Positions 19,014-26,784 of a stretch of DNA of 32,000 nt are shown piece by piece. The position numbers and the translations under genes are program-made. Positions within the stretch are counted from its first letter, which is position 1. Each line of letters starts with the position of its first letter. The stretch is from positions 840,001 to 872,000 of the forward strand of contig CAWJMG010000001.1 in the NCBI GenBank assembly GCA_963843975.1. The letters run 5' to 3'. The notes beneath the pieces are model-generated. The model saw only the letters and a list, made by a program, of their open reading frames with translations, did no database searches and was not told where the DNA came from. The stretch comes from an uncultured Actinomycetes bacterium (GTDB lineage: Bacteria; Actinomycetota; Actinomycetes; S36-B12; CAIYMF01).

Positions 19014-20588
19014 TCAGCCGCGGGCGGGTGAAGTGCCCTTGCCGCGGTACATCGCGATGTCGGCGGCGTGCAGCGCGGTGCGGGCGTCGAGCATGAGGTC
19101 GTCGACGACGACCTTGCCGATCGTGACGCCCACCGTCACCTGCTTGTCCTGCACCTGCACGTGCTGCACGAGAGACTCGTGCAGGCGGTCGGCGAGGATG
19201 TCGAGCTCGGACTCGTCGTTCATCCAGGTGGCCAGGACGACGAACTCGTCGCCGCCGAGACGCGCCACGGTGTCGTGCAGCCGTACGGCCTGGCGGAACC
19301 GGCCCGCGACCTCGATGAGGACGTCGTCGCCCGCCTCGTGGCCCAGGGTGTCGTTGACCTCCTTGAAGCGCTCGAGGTCGCAGAACAGGATCCCGACGAT
19401 CTCGCCGGACCGCTCGCGGCGGCGCATCGCCTCGCCGATCCGGTCGAGCAGGAGACCGCGGTTGACCAGGCCGGTGAGCGCGTCGTGGTTGGCCTGGTAC
19501 TCCAGCAGCGCCGCCGACCGGTCGTGCTCGAGGACGAGGGTCGCGAGGTCGCAGCACTGGCGGGCAACGGCGTCCACCTCCGGCGCGACGACGTCGCGTG
19601 CGCTGCCGAACAGCTCGAGCTCGCCCGACTCGGCCGGGTTGAGGCCGTCGCCGACCCGCCAGGTGCCGATCTGCTCGTCGCCGGTCGGTCGCAGCTGCGC
19701 GGCCTCGGACAGGACGACGCGGTCGGCGACCATGAGCCGGAACGGCAGGCCACCGGTCGCCTGAGAGGCGAGCTCGGCGACGGACGAGAGCTGCTCGTGC
19801 AGCGGGGCCCCGGTCGCGAGCCGCTCGAGCACACGAGCCTGGCCGCGCTCGAGCAGCGTGCTGCGCTCGAGTGCCGCGCGGGCCACCTCGAGACCTGCCC
19901 GCTCGCTGGCGATCGCGGCGTCGACGCGGCGGAAGTAGCGGCGGACGTCGAGGAAGATCCACCCGGCGAGGCCGAGCGCTGCGAGGAGCGCGGAGACGAG
20001 CAGGATCGAGACGAGCACGTTCGTCGCGATCTGCTGGTCGGTGGAGGTGCGGGTCTCGGTGCGGAAGGTGACGGACTCGAGGTCGCCGAGGTGGCGGGAC
20101 TCGCGCACGAAGTCGCTCAACGCCGGATCGACCGAGGTGTTCCACATCTGCTGCTCGACCGGGGCGAGCGTGCCCACGGGGATCGAGGCGAGCCTGGCGT
20201 CGAGGGCGAACAGCGACTCCCGGTACGACGCGGGCGCGGCGTCACCGGCCGAGACGCCGTCGGCCCCGATGACGCCGAGGCGCTGGCCGAGCAGTGCGCG
20301 CGCGATCTGGACGTCGCGGCGCGGCACCTCGCCGCCGAGGTAGCGCTCGACGACGAACGACAACGCGAGGCTCTCGCGCATCGTGTACACGATGTTGGTA
20401 CGCGTCGACTCCGAGCCCGCCAGCGCGTCGGCGCGCGACTGCACCGCAGCGGCCTGACGGGCGCCGGTGATGGCGAGGCCGGCGAGCAGCCCGATGACGA
20501 TCGCCGCGAGGACCAGCTGGCCGATCCGCGGTCGCAGCCGCTCGTCGGCGGCGGTCGGTGCCGACGTCATGCCGGTCGCGAGGGTCAT
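19014..20588 (-). CDS. membrane sensor diguanylate cyclase (GGDEF)
   Basis: This is the in-frame part of ORF 19014..21089, from ATG 20588 (MTLATGMTSAP..). It has two TM segments flanking a roughly 170-aa extracytoplasmic region. The cytoplasmic linker is followed by HDALTGLVNR, I-site RLHD, an intact GGDEF and a C-terminal YRGK. The start overlaps the stop of the upstream lipoprotein gene (ATGA, 20585-20588). Confidence 0.85.
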   Translation of the reverse strand: MTLATGMTSAPTAADERLRPRIGQLVLAAIVIGLLAGLAITGARQAAAVQSRADALAGSESTRTNIVYTMRESLALSFVVERYLGGEVPRRDVQIARALLGQRLGVIGADGVSAGDAAPASYRESLFALDARLASIPVGTLAPVEQQMWNTSVDPALSDFVRESRHLGDLESVTFRTETRTSTDQQIATNVLVSILLVSALLAALGLAGWIFLDVRRYFRRVDAAIASERAGLEVARAALERSTLLERGQARVLERLATGAPLHEQLSSVAELASQATGGLPFRLMVADRVVLSEAAQLRPTGDEQIGTWRVGDGLNPAESGELELFGSARDVVAPEVDAVARQCCDLATLVLEHDRSAALLEYQANHDALTGLVNRGLLLDRIGEAMRRRERSGEIVGILFCDLERFKEVNDTLGHEAGDDVLIEVAGRFRQAVRLHDTVARLGGDEFVVLATWMNDESELDILADRLHESLVQHVQVQDKQVTVGVTIGKVVVDDLMLDARTALHAADIAMYRGKGTSPARG

Positions 20589-21151
20589 GGGGTGGAGTCG
20601 ACCTCGATCGAGGACAGGCTCCAGTTCCAGGCATCCAGAACCGGCGAGAGCACCGAGCCGTCGGGGTAGATGAGCCGGATCGGGCCGCCCTGGTCGTACG
20701 GGATCGGGGCGCCGTCGCGCTGGGTGGCGATGAGCGCGTTGCTCGCCTCGAGGTCGCCGGCGGCGTCGGCGTACTCGTAGTCGTTGAGCGCGATGGTCGT
20801 GACCTTCGCGGTCGAGGGGATGCCCGCGCGGTCGAAGATCGCACTGACCGGGACACCGGTGAAGGTCTGCTGCGTCTTCACGAACGGCTCGCTGACCGTG
20901 ACCGACGTGGTGCCGAGGCCCTCGAGCTGGCCGAGGGTCAGCTGCACCTTCCCGGCGGTGCCGCCGGTCAGCGTGAGGACGGGCTCGTCCGGGCCGAGCG
21001 GGTCCACGACGGCAGCGCCGTACGGGTTGGTCTCGCTCGCGGACGGGCTCACGGTGGCGCCGCCGGTGCCGGCCGACGACGACGAGCACCCGGCAGCGAG
21101 CACGGCCACGAGTGCCGCGAGCACAGCGAGTACGGGGCGTCGACGATTCAC
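20585..21151 (-). CDS. secreted lipoprotein, possibly with a small molybdopterin-oxidoreductase-like (YedY-type) ligand-binding fold
   Basis: The 188-aa ORF has a signal peptide with a lipobox (MNRRRPVLAVLAALVAVLAAGC|SSSS). The mature domain reads TFTGVPVSAIFDRAGI..ALNDYEYAD..GAPIPYDQGGPIRLIYP. The fold assignment comes from memory of similar annotations and has low certainty. Confidence 0.7.
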   Translation of the reverse strand: MNRRRPVLAVLAALVAVLAAGCSSSSAGTGGATVSPSASETNPYGAAVVDPLGPDEPVLTLTGGTAGKVQLTLGQLEGLGTTSVTVSEPFVKTQQTFTGVPVSAIFDRAGIPSTAKVTTIALNDYEYADAAGDLEASNALIATQRDGAPIPYDQGGPIRLIYPDGSVLSPVLDAWNWSLSSIEVDSTP

Positions 21152-21242
21152 CCTTGTGACGGTACGGAGCGAGTCCGACCGTTTCAGCGCGGGAACCTCA
21201 AGATTCGCTCAGCGCTGCGGGCCAGGGCAGGAAGGGCGACGG

Positions 21243-21997
21243 TCAGAGGTCGTCGGCCGCGCGGATCCTGCCGCGCTCGCTCGCCTGCGGGGACGGATCG
21301 TCGGGCCCGGCCAGCGTCGCCGCCTCCACCTGGGCGGCGATCTCGCGCGGGTCCGTGCCCTCGTCGAACACGGCCACGACCAGGCGGCGGGGGCTTCGCC
21401 TCGCAACGCGGTGTCGAAGGACTGCGACAGCCAGACGAGCGCCGTGTCGAACTCGGCCATGGGGTCCGGGCCGAGGTCGTCCTTCAACCACCGGCGCAGC
21501 ATGTGGTTGTGCACCGCAGCGAACGAGCCCGCCATCGTCTCGGCCTCGAGCTGGCCGTACGGGCGCTCGTCCAGCCGCGAGTGCAGGAAGCGGGCGAACA
21601 GGACGCGGTAGCGCTGCACCCAGGCGATCTCGCGGGCGCGCAGCTCGGGGACGTCCTTGACGAGGCGGTAGCGCCGTAGCGCGATCTCCGGCTCCTCGAC
21701 GTAGTGCGCGAACACCATGCGCACGGCCTCGCACATCGTCGGCACGGCCGGGGTGTCGACGCTCGCGTCGAGGAACGCGGCCACCCGGGTGCTCAGCTCC
21801 TCGTGGTGGAGGAAGACGACCGCGTCCTTGCTGGGGAAGTGCAGGAAGAAGGTGCGCCGGGCGACGCCGGCCGCGGTCGCGATGGCCTCGATCGTGGTGG
21901 CGGCGTACCCCTGCTGCTCGAACAGGTCGAGAGCCGCTGCCTCGATGCGCGTCCGGGCGTCGCCCGGAGCGGGCGCTGCGGGGGCCGTGGAGGACAT
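21243..21997 (-). pseudogene. TetR-family transcriptional regulator with a frame change at a G5/C5 run near its 3' end
   Basis: Starts at ATG 21997 (MSSTAPAAP..). The HTH reads YAATTIEAIATAAGVARRTFFLHFPSKD. The frame of ORF 21209..22108 is convincing up to ..SQSFDTALRGEAP, then turns R/P/W-rich with rare codons. The frame of ORF 21243..21734 takes over with RRLVVAVFDEGTDPREIAAQVEAATLAG...ADDL*, where 46 of 47 codons end in G/C. The switch sits at the G5 run 21389-21393 and corresponds to one missing base. Confidence 0.7.
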
Positions 21998-22092
21998 GCG
22001 AAAGACCCTAGCCGTAACCCTGGCGTCATGGCTACACCCGGTGTACTGTGCGATGCACCCGGTGCAGTCCCCAGACGAGAGAGGCCCTCGCC

Positions 22093-22416
22093 ATGCCCCG
22101 AGTCCCACCGCCGCCGCCCGTCGAGGTCGTCGTCGCCGAGGAGCAGCAGTACCTCTTCGCGACCACCGGCACCGCCCTGCAGGAGCAGTGGTGGGCCTCC
22201 GCCGCGTGCCAGGACGCCGAGCCCGACGTCTTCTTCCCGGTCAGCGCGCAGGACCAGATCTCCCGCCGTGTCGCCCTCTCGTTCTGCGGCGGCTGCGCCG
22301 TCCGCGACGAGTGCCTGCGCGTCGCGCTGCAGGACCGCTCGCTCATCGGCATCTGGGGCGGCACCGACGAGGCCCAGCGCGCCCAGCTCCGCCAGCGCCA
22401 GCTCGTCGCGAGCTGA
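22093..22416 (+). CDS. WhiB-family (Wbl) Fe-S transcription factor
   Basis: ORF 22048..22416. Four Cys are arranged C(QDAEPDVFFP)..-C-GG-C-AVRDE-C, followed by the GIWGG turn. The preferred start is ATG 22093 (107 aa), with ATG 22048 as an alternative. Confidence 0.8.
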   Translation: MPRVPPPPPVEVVVAEEQQYLFATTGTALQEQWWASAACQDAEPDVFFPVSAQDQISRRVALSFCGGCAVRDECLRVALQDRSLIGIWGGTDEAQRAQLRQRQLVAS

Positions 22417-22431
22417 CCCGGCACCACCGAG

Positions 22432-22480
22432 CCCGGTCATGCGGGCACGAACAGCGTCGTTCGTGCCCTGCGTGACCGGG
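22432..22480. terminator. compound hairpin between convergent whiB-like gene and ackA (bidirectional terminator candidate)
   Basis: The inner stem is a perfect 10 bp, gggcacgaac (22443-22452) / gttcgtgccc (22459-22468), with a 6-nt loop. The outer stem is a perfect 8 bp, cccggtca (22432-22439) / tgaccggg (22473-22480). Confidence 0.65.
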
Positions 22481-22496
22481 CTCGCGTGCGTCCGGG

Positions 22497-23681
22497 TTAG
22501 AGCAGGTCCGCGGTGTCGCGGGCGATCAGATACTCCTCGTCCGTCGGAACGACGAGGGCGAGAGGGCCGACACCAGCTGCGCTGATGCGGTCACCGTGAG
22601 GCCCACCGCCGGCTGCCTGGTTCTGCGCCGGGTCGAGCTCGAGACCGAGGACGGCGAGGTGCCCGATGATCTGCGCGCGGACTCGGGCGGAGTTCTCGCC
22701 GATGCCGCCGGTGAAGACCACGGCGTCGAGGCGACCGAGGGCCACCGCTAGCCCGGCGACGTGCTTGGCCGCGCGGTAGCAGAACAGGTCGACCGCGAGC
22801 GTGGCGTCGTTGTCCCCGGCATCGGCCGACTCGAGCAGCGTGCGCATGTCGTTGGTGGAGCCGGACACCCCGAGCAGGCCCGACTCGGTGTTGAGCCGAC
22901 GGACGACCTCGGCCGCGTCGACACCGAGACGATCCGCGACGTAGGGGATTACGCCCGGATCGATGTCGCCGCTGCGCGAGCCCATCACGAGGCCCTCCAG
23001 CGGAGTGAAGCCCATCGTGGTGTCGACCGACTCGCCGTTGCTCACAGCAGCCGCGCTGCAGCCGTTCCCGAGATGCACCGTCACCATCCGGATGCCGTCG
23101 CGGTCGCCGAACCACCACCTCAGGGCTTGGCCCGACACGTAGCGGTGGCTCGTGCCGTGGAAGCCATACCGGCGCACGTCGAACTCGTCCCGCCATGCCT
23201 TCGGCACCGCGTACTGCGCCGCTCGCGGCGGCATCGACCGGTGGAAGGCCGTGTCGAACACCGCCACCTGCGGCAGGTCCGGGAGCGCGGCGGTCGTCGC
23301 GTCGATCCCGGCGATGTTGCCGGGAAGGTGAAGCGGCGCAAGGGGGACGAGTGCCTCGAGATCTGCGCGCACCACGTCGTCGATGACGACCGACGAGGAG
23401 TACGCCGGACCGCCGTGCACCACGCGGTGACCGACGGCAGTGATCGAGGCGCGCTCGCCGTCGGTCATGAGCGCCAGCAGCGCGGCGACGACCCCGGCGT
23501 GCGAGCCGTCGTCGGGCGTCGAGGTCGAGCGCTCGCCGTCGCGGTCGATCCGCACCGACGCGTCGGGCGTGCCGACACGCTCGGCGAGGCCGGTGAGGGC
23601 CCGCCGTCCGGACCCAGGGTCCAGGACGGCGAGCTTCACCGACGAGCTGCCGGCGTTGACGACCAGGATCTGGTCGCTCAC
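22497..23681 (-). CDS. ackA: acetate kinase
   Basis: The 394-aa ORF starts at GTG: (M)SDQILVVNAGSSSVKLAV.., HRVVHGG, RRYGFHGTSHRYV, HLGNGCS, FTGGIGENS. It begins 9 nt after the phosphoketolase stop. Confidence 0.95.
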   Translation of the reverse strand: MSDQILVVNAGSSSVKLAVLDPGSGRRALTGLAERVGTPDASVRIDRDGERSTSTPDDGSHAGVVAALLALMTDGERASITAVGHRVVHGGPAYSSSVVIDDVVRADLEALVPLAPLHLPGNIAGIDATTAALPDLPQVAVFDTAFHRSMPPRAAQYAVPKAWRDEFDVRRYGFHGTSHRYVSGQALRWWFGDRDGIRMVTVHLGNGCSAAAVSNGESVDTTMGFTPLEGLVMGSRSGDIDPGVIPYVADRLGVDAAEVVRRLNTESGLLGVSGSTNDMRTLLESADAGDNDATLAVDLFCYRAAKHVAGLAVALGRLDAVVFTGGIGENSARVRAQIIGHLAVLGLELDPAQNQAAGGGPHGDRISAAGVGPLALVVPTDEEYLIARDTADLL

Positions 23682-23690
23682 GCCGCAGCC

Positions 23691-26109
23691 TCAGACAGAG
23701 CCGTCACCGAGCGACCAGTCGCGCACCTCGGGCATGTCCTCGAGGTTCTCGACGACGTACGCCTCGTGCTTGTCCAGCTGCGCCTGGCACCACGCCTTGA
23801 GCTCGCTGGCCCCGGGCGGCGTGCGACGCGCGTTGTTGATCGCGTCCATGACGAGGTGGTAGCGCGAGACACGGTTGCGCACGACCATGTCGAACGGCGT
23901 GGTCGTCGTGCCCTCCTCGATGAAGCCGCGCACGCGGAAGCGGTCGGCGTCCGGACGGCCGTGCACGAGCTGGTGGATCGCGCCCGGGTAGCCGTGGAAG
24001 GCGAACACCACGTCGACGTGGTCGGTGAAGAGCTCGTTGAAGAGCGTCTCGTCCATGCCGTGCGGGTGGTCCTTGCGGCGCGGCAGCGTCATCAGGTCGA
24101 CGACGTTGACCACGCGGGTGCGGAAGTGCGGCATGTGCTTCTTCAGGATCTCCGCCGCGGCGATGGTCTCCATCGTCACGACGTCGCCCGCGCACGCGAG
24201 CACGATGTCGGGGTCGGCAGACGCCGTCGTCGGTGCCCGCCCACTCCCACACGCCGGCGCCGCGCGCGCAGTGCTCGACGGCCTCGTCGATCGTCAGCCA
24301 CTGCAGCTGCGGCTGCTTGTCGATGACGATGAGGTTGACGTACGACCGCGAGCGGAAGCAGTGGTCGGCGACCGAGAGCAGGCAGTTCGCGTCCGGCGGC
24401 AGGTAGACCCGGCCGATGTTCCCGCGCGTGGTGATGACGTTCTGCAGGAGGCCGGGGCCCTGGTGGCTGAAGCCGTTGTGGTCGTTCCGCCAGGCTGTCG
24501 AGGTCAGCAGGATGTTGAGGCTCGGCACCGGCTCGCGCCAGCCGAGGTGCTCGGCCTCCTGCAGCCACTTCGCGTGCTGGATGGTCTGCGACGCGCTCAC
24601 CATCGCGAACGCCTCGTACGTCGCGAACAGGCCGTGCCGGCCGGTCAGCGTGTAGCCCTCGAGCCAGCCGTGGCAGTTGTGCTCGGACAGGACCTCCATG
24701 ACGCGGCCGTCGCGCGAGAGCGAGACGTCCTCGGGCAGGACCTTCTCCGCGAACATGCGGTCCGACACCTCGAACACCGCGCCGAGCCGGTTGCTGTTGG
24801 TCTCGTCCGGGCAGAAGAGGCGGAAGCGGTCGCCGTTGTCGCGGTAGATGTCGCGCATGCAGCTCGCCGAGCTTGCGCGTCGACTCCAGCTTGCACCGTC
24901 GCCGGCGTCGGGACGTCGACGGCGTAGTCGCGGAAGTCGGGCATCTCCAGGTCGCGCGTGAGCAGGCCGCCGTTGGCGTGCGGCGACGCGCTCATCCGCA
25001 GGTCGCCGGTGATGTTGGCCCGGCGCACGAGCTCGCTGGGCCCGCCGTTCTCGTCGAACAGCTCCTCGGGCCGGTACGAGCGCAGCCACGTCTCGAGGAT
25101 GTCGAGGTGGTCCTGGTTGCCCTTGACGCCGGACAGCGGCACCTGGTGCGAGCGCCACGTGCCCTCGGTCTTCTGGCCGTCGACCTCCTTCGGGCCGGTC
25201 CAGCCCTTGGGCGAGCGAAGGATGATCAGCGGCCAGTCGGGACGCGTGCCGTCCCAGTCGCCGCCGCGCGCGGATAGCCTGGATCTCGCGGATCCGGACC
25301 CAGGCGCGGGTCAGCGCCGCGGCGAACCGATGGTGCATCCCAGGGATGTCGTCGCCCTCGACCTCGATGACCTCGTAGCCGTGGCCGGAGAGGAGCTCGC
25401 GCACCTCGGCCGGGTCCTTGCGGCCCAGCACGGTCGGGCCGGCGATCTTCGCGCCGTTGAGGTGCAGGATCGGGAGCACGGCCCCGTCGCGGGCAGGGTT
25501 GAGGAACGAGACGCCCTTCCACGAGCCCTCGAGCGGGCCCGTCTCCGCCTCGCCGTCGCCGACGACGGCGAGGGCGATGAGGTCGGGGTTGTCCATGACC
25601 GCGCCGAAGGCGTGCACGAGGACGTAGCCGAGCTCGCCGCCCTCGTGGATCGAGCCGGGGGTCGGCACCGAGACGTGGCTCGGGATCCCACCGGGAGCGG
25701 AGAACTGGCGGCAGAGCCGCAGCAGCCCGTCCTCGTCCTGGGAGACCTCGGGGTAGATCTCGCTGTAGGTGCCCTCGAGGTAGCCGGCAGCGACGAGCGC
25801 CGGACCGCCGTGGCCGGGGCCGGCGAGGTAGATCATCTGCTGGTCCGTCTTGCTGATCAGCCGCGTCGCGTGGGCGTAGATGAACGACAGGCCGGGGCTC
25901 GTGCCCCAGTGGCCGAGCAGACGCGGCTTGATGTCGTCCGAGACGAGCGTGCGCTTGAGCAACGGGTTCGCACCCAGGTAGATCTGGGCGACGGTGAGGT
26001 AGTTGTTGGCCCGCCACCAGGCGTCGAGGGGTGCGAGCTCGTCATCGGTCGGGTTCGCGAGCGCCTCGACGAGCGAGTCGGTGGGGACTGCGGTGGTGCG
26101 TGTGGTCAC
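23691..26109 (-). pseudogene. xfp: xylulose-5-P/fructose-6-P phosphoketolase, reading frame broken by four single-base (+1) shifts
   Basis: GTG 26109 is preceded by GGGAGGAA. Recognisable phosphoketolase sequence is spread over frames. Segment 1 runs 26109 to ~25270 (..GHWGTSPGLSF..GPGHGGPA..EGGELGY..GDGEAETGP..IREIQAIRA). Segment 2 runs ~25265 to ~24893 (GGDWDGTRPDWPLIILRSPKGW..HQVPLSG..MPDFRDYAVDVPTPATVQ). Segment 3 is a 10-codon piece, LESTRKLGEL (24889-24860). Segment 4 runs 24858 to ~24223 (MRDIYRDNGDRFRLFCPDETNSNRL..WRNDHNGFSHQGPG..VWEWAGTDDG). Segment 5 runs ~24221 to 23691 (SADPDIVLACAGDVVTMETIAAAEILKK..FHGYPGAIHQL..). Each junction needs one base removed. Confidence 0.88.
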
Positions 26110-26418
26110 GGGGTTCCTCCCGGTCGTGCGCGACGGCTGCAGTCCGGACGGACACGCCGTAAGCGCTTACAGGACCAACGGTAGTGAGTTCGGGTCGCAC
26201 GATGCCGGGGTTACCGGACAGTCGTGGCACGAGTCACGCGCTGTGCACGTACCCGTCACCTTCCCCTCACCTCGGGGCGGCGTCCACCGCTTCTGGCGAT
26301 CGGTCGGGCGATCGGCCGGGAAACTTCTCGGTCGGCGATGTCCTCCGCGGGCCCGGCCGTTCGTCCCTAGGGTGAGGACGGCCGAGGGGGCCGTCGCCGA
26401 GACCTGGGGAGACACGCC

Positions 26419-26769
26419 ATGCCGCAGTACGCAGCACTGATCTGGAGCACCGACCTCGAGCCGTCCGACCCCGCGTTCGCGGCGATGATGCCGGGCTACA
26501 ACGCCTTCGGGCACGAGGCCGAGGCCGTCATCCGCGGCGGCGCCGCGCTCTACAACAACGCCACCGCCACGACGGTCCGCGTCACCGGCGGCAAGGGCGG
26601 CGACATCGTCACCACCGACGGACCGTACGCCGACACCAAGGAGGCCCTGACCGGCTTCTACCTGGTCGAGGCAGCCGACCTCGACGAGGCCGTCGCCTGG
26701 GCCGCGAAGATCCCCGCCGCGTACGACGGCGGCTGCGTCGAGGTGCGGCCCGTCATCGACTTCGGCTGA
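26419..26769 (+). CDS. YciI-family (DGPF domain) protein
   Basis: The 116-aa ORF contains TTDGPYADTKEALTGFYLVEAADLDEAVAWAAKIP, a typical YciI/DGPF signature. SD GGGGAG lies upstream. Confidence 0.85.
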   Translation: MPQYAALIWSTDLEPSDPAFAAMMPGYNAFGHEAEAVIRGGAALYNNATATTVRVTGGKGGDIVTTDGPYADTKEALTGFYLVEAADLDEAVAWAAKIPAAYDGGCVEVRPVIDFG

Positions 26770-26784
26770 TCCGACGACCGTCCC

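Noticed and set aside
18990-19030. Possible terminator between convergent decarboxylase and cyclase genes (gctga-N8-tcagc)
   Set aside because: It has only a 5-bp stem, made largely of the two facing stop codons, which is too weak to call.
17527-20145. 872-aa minus-strand ORF
   Set aside because: It is antisense to the PLP-decarboxylase gene and off-frame over the diguanylate cyclase. It has no motifs and an arginine-rich junk composition.
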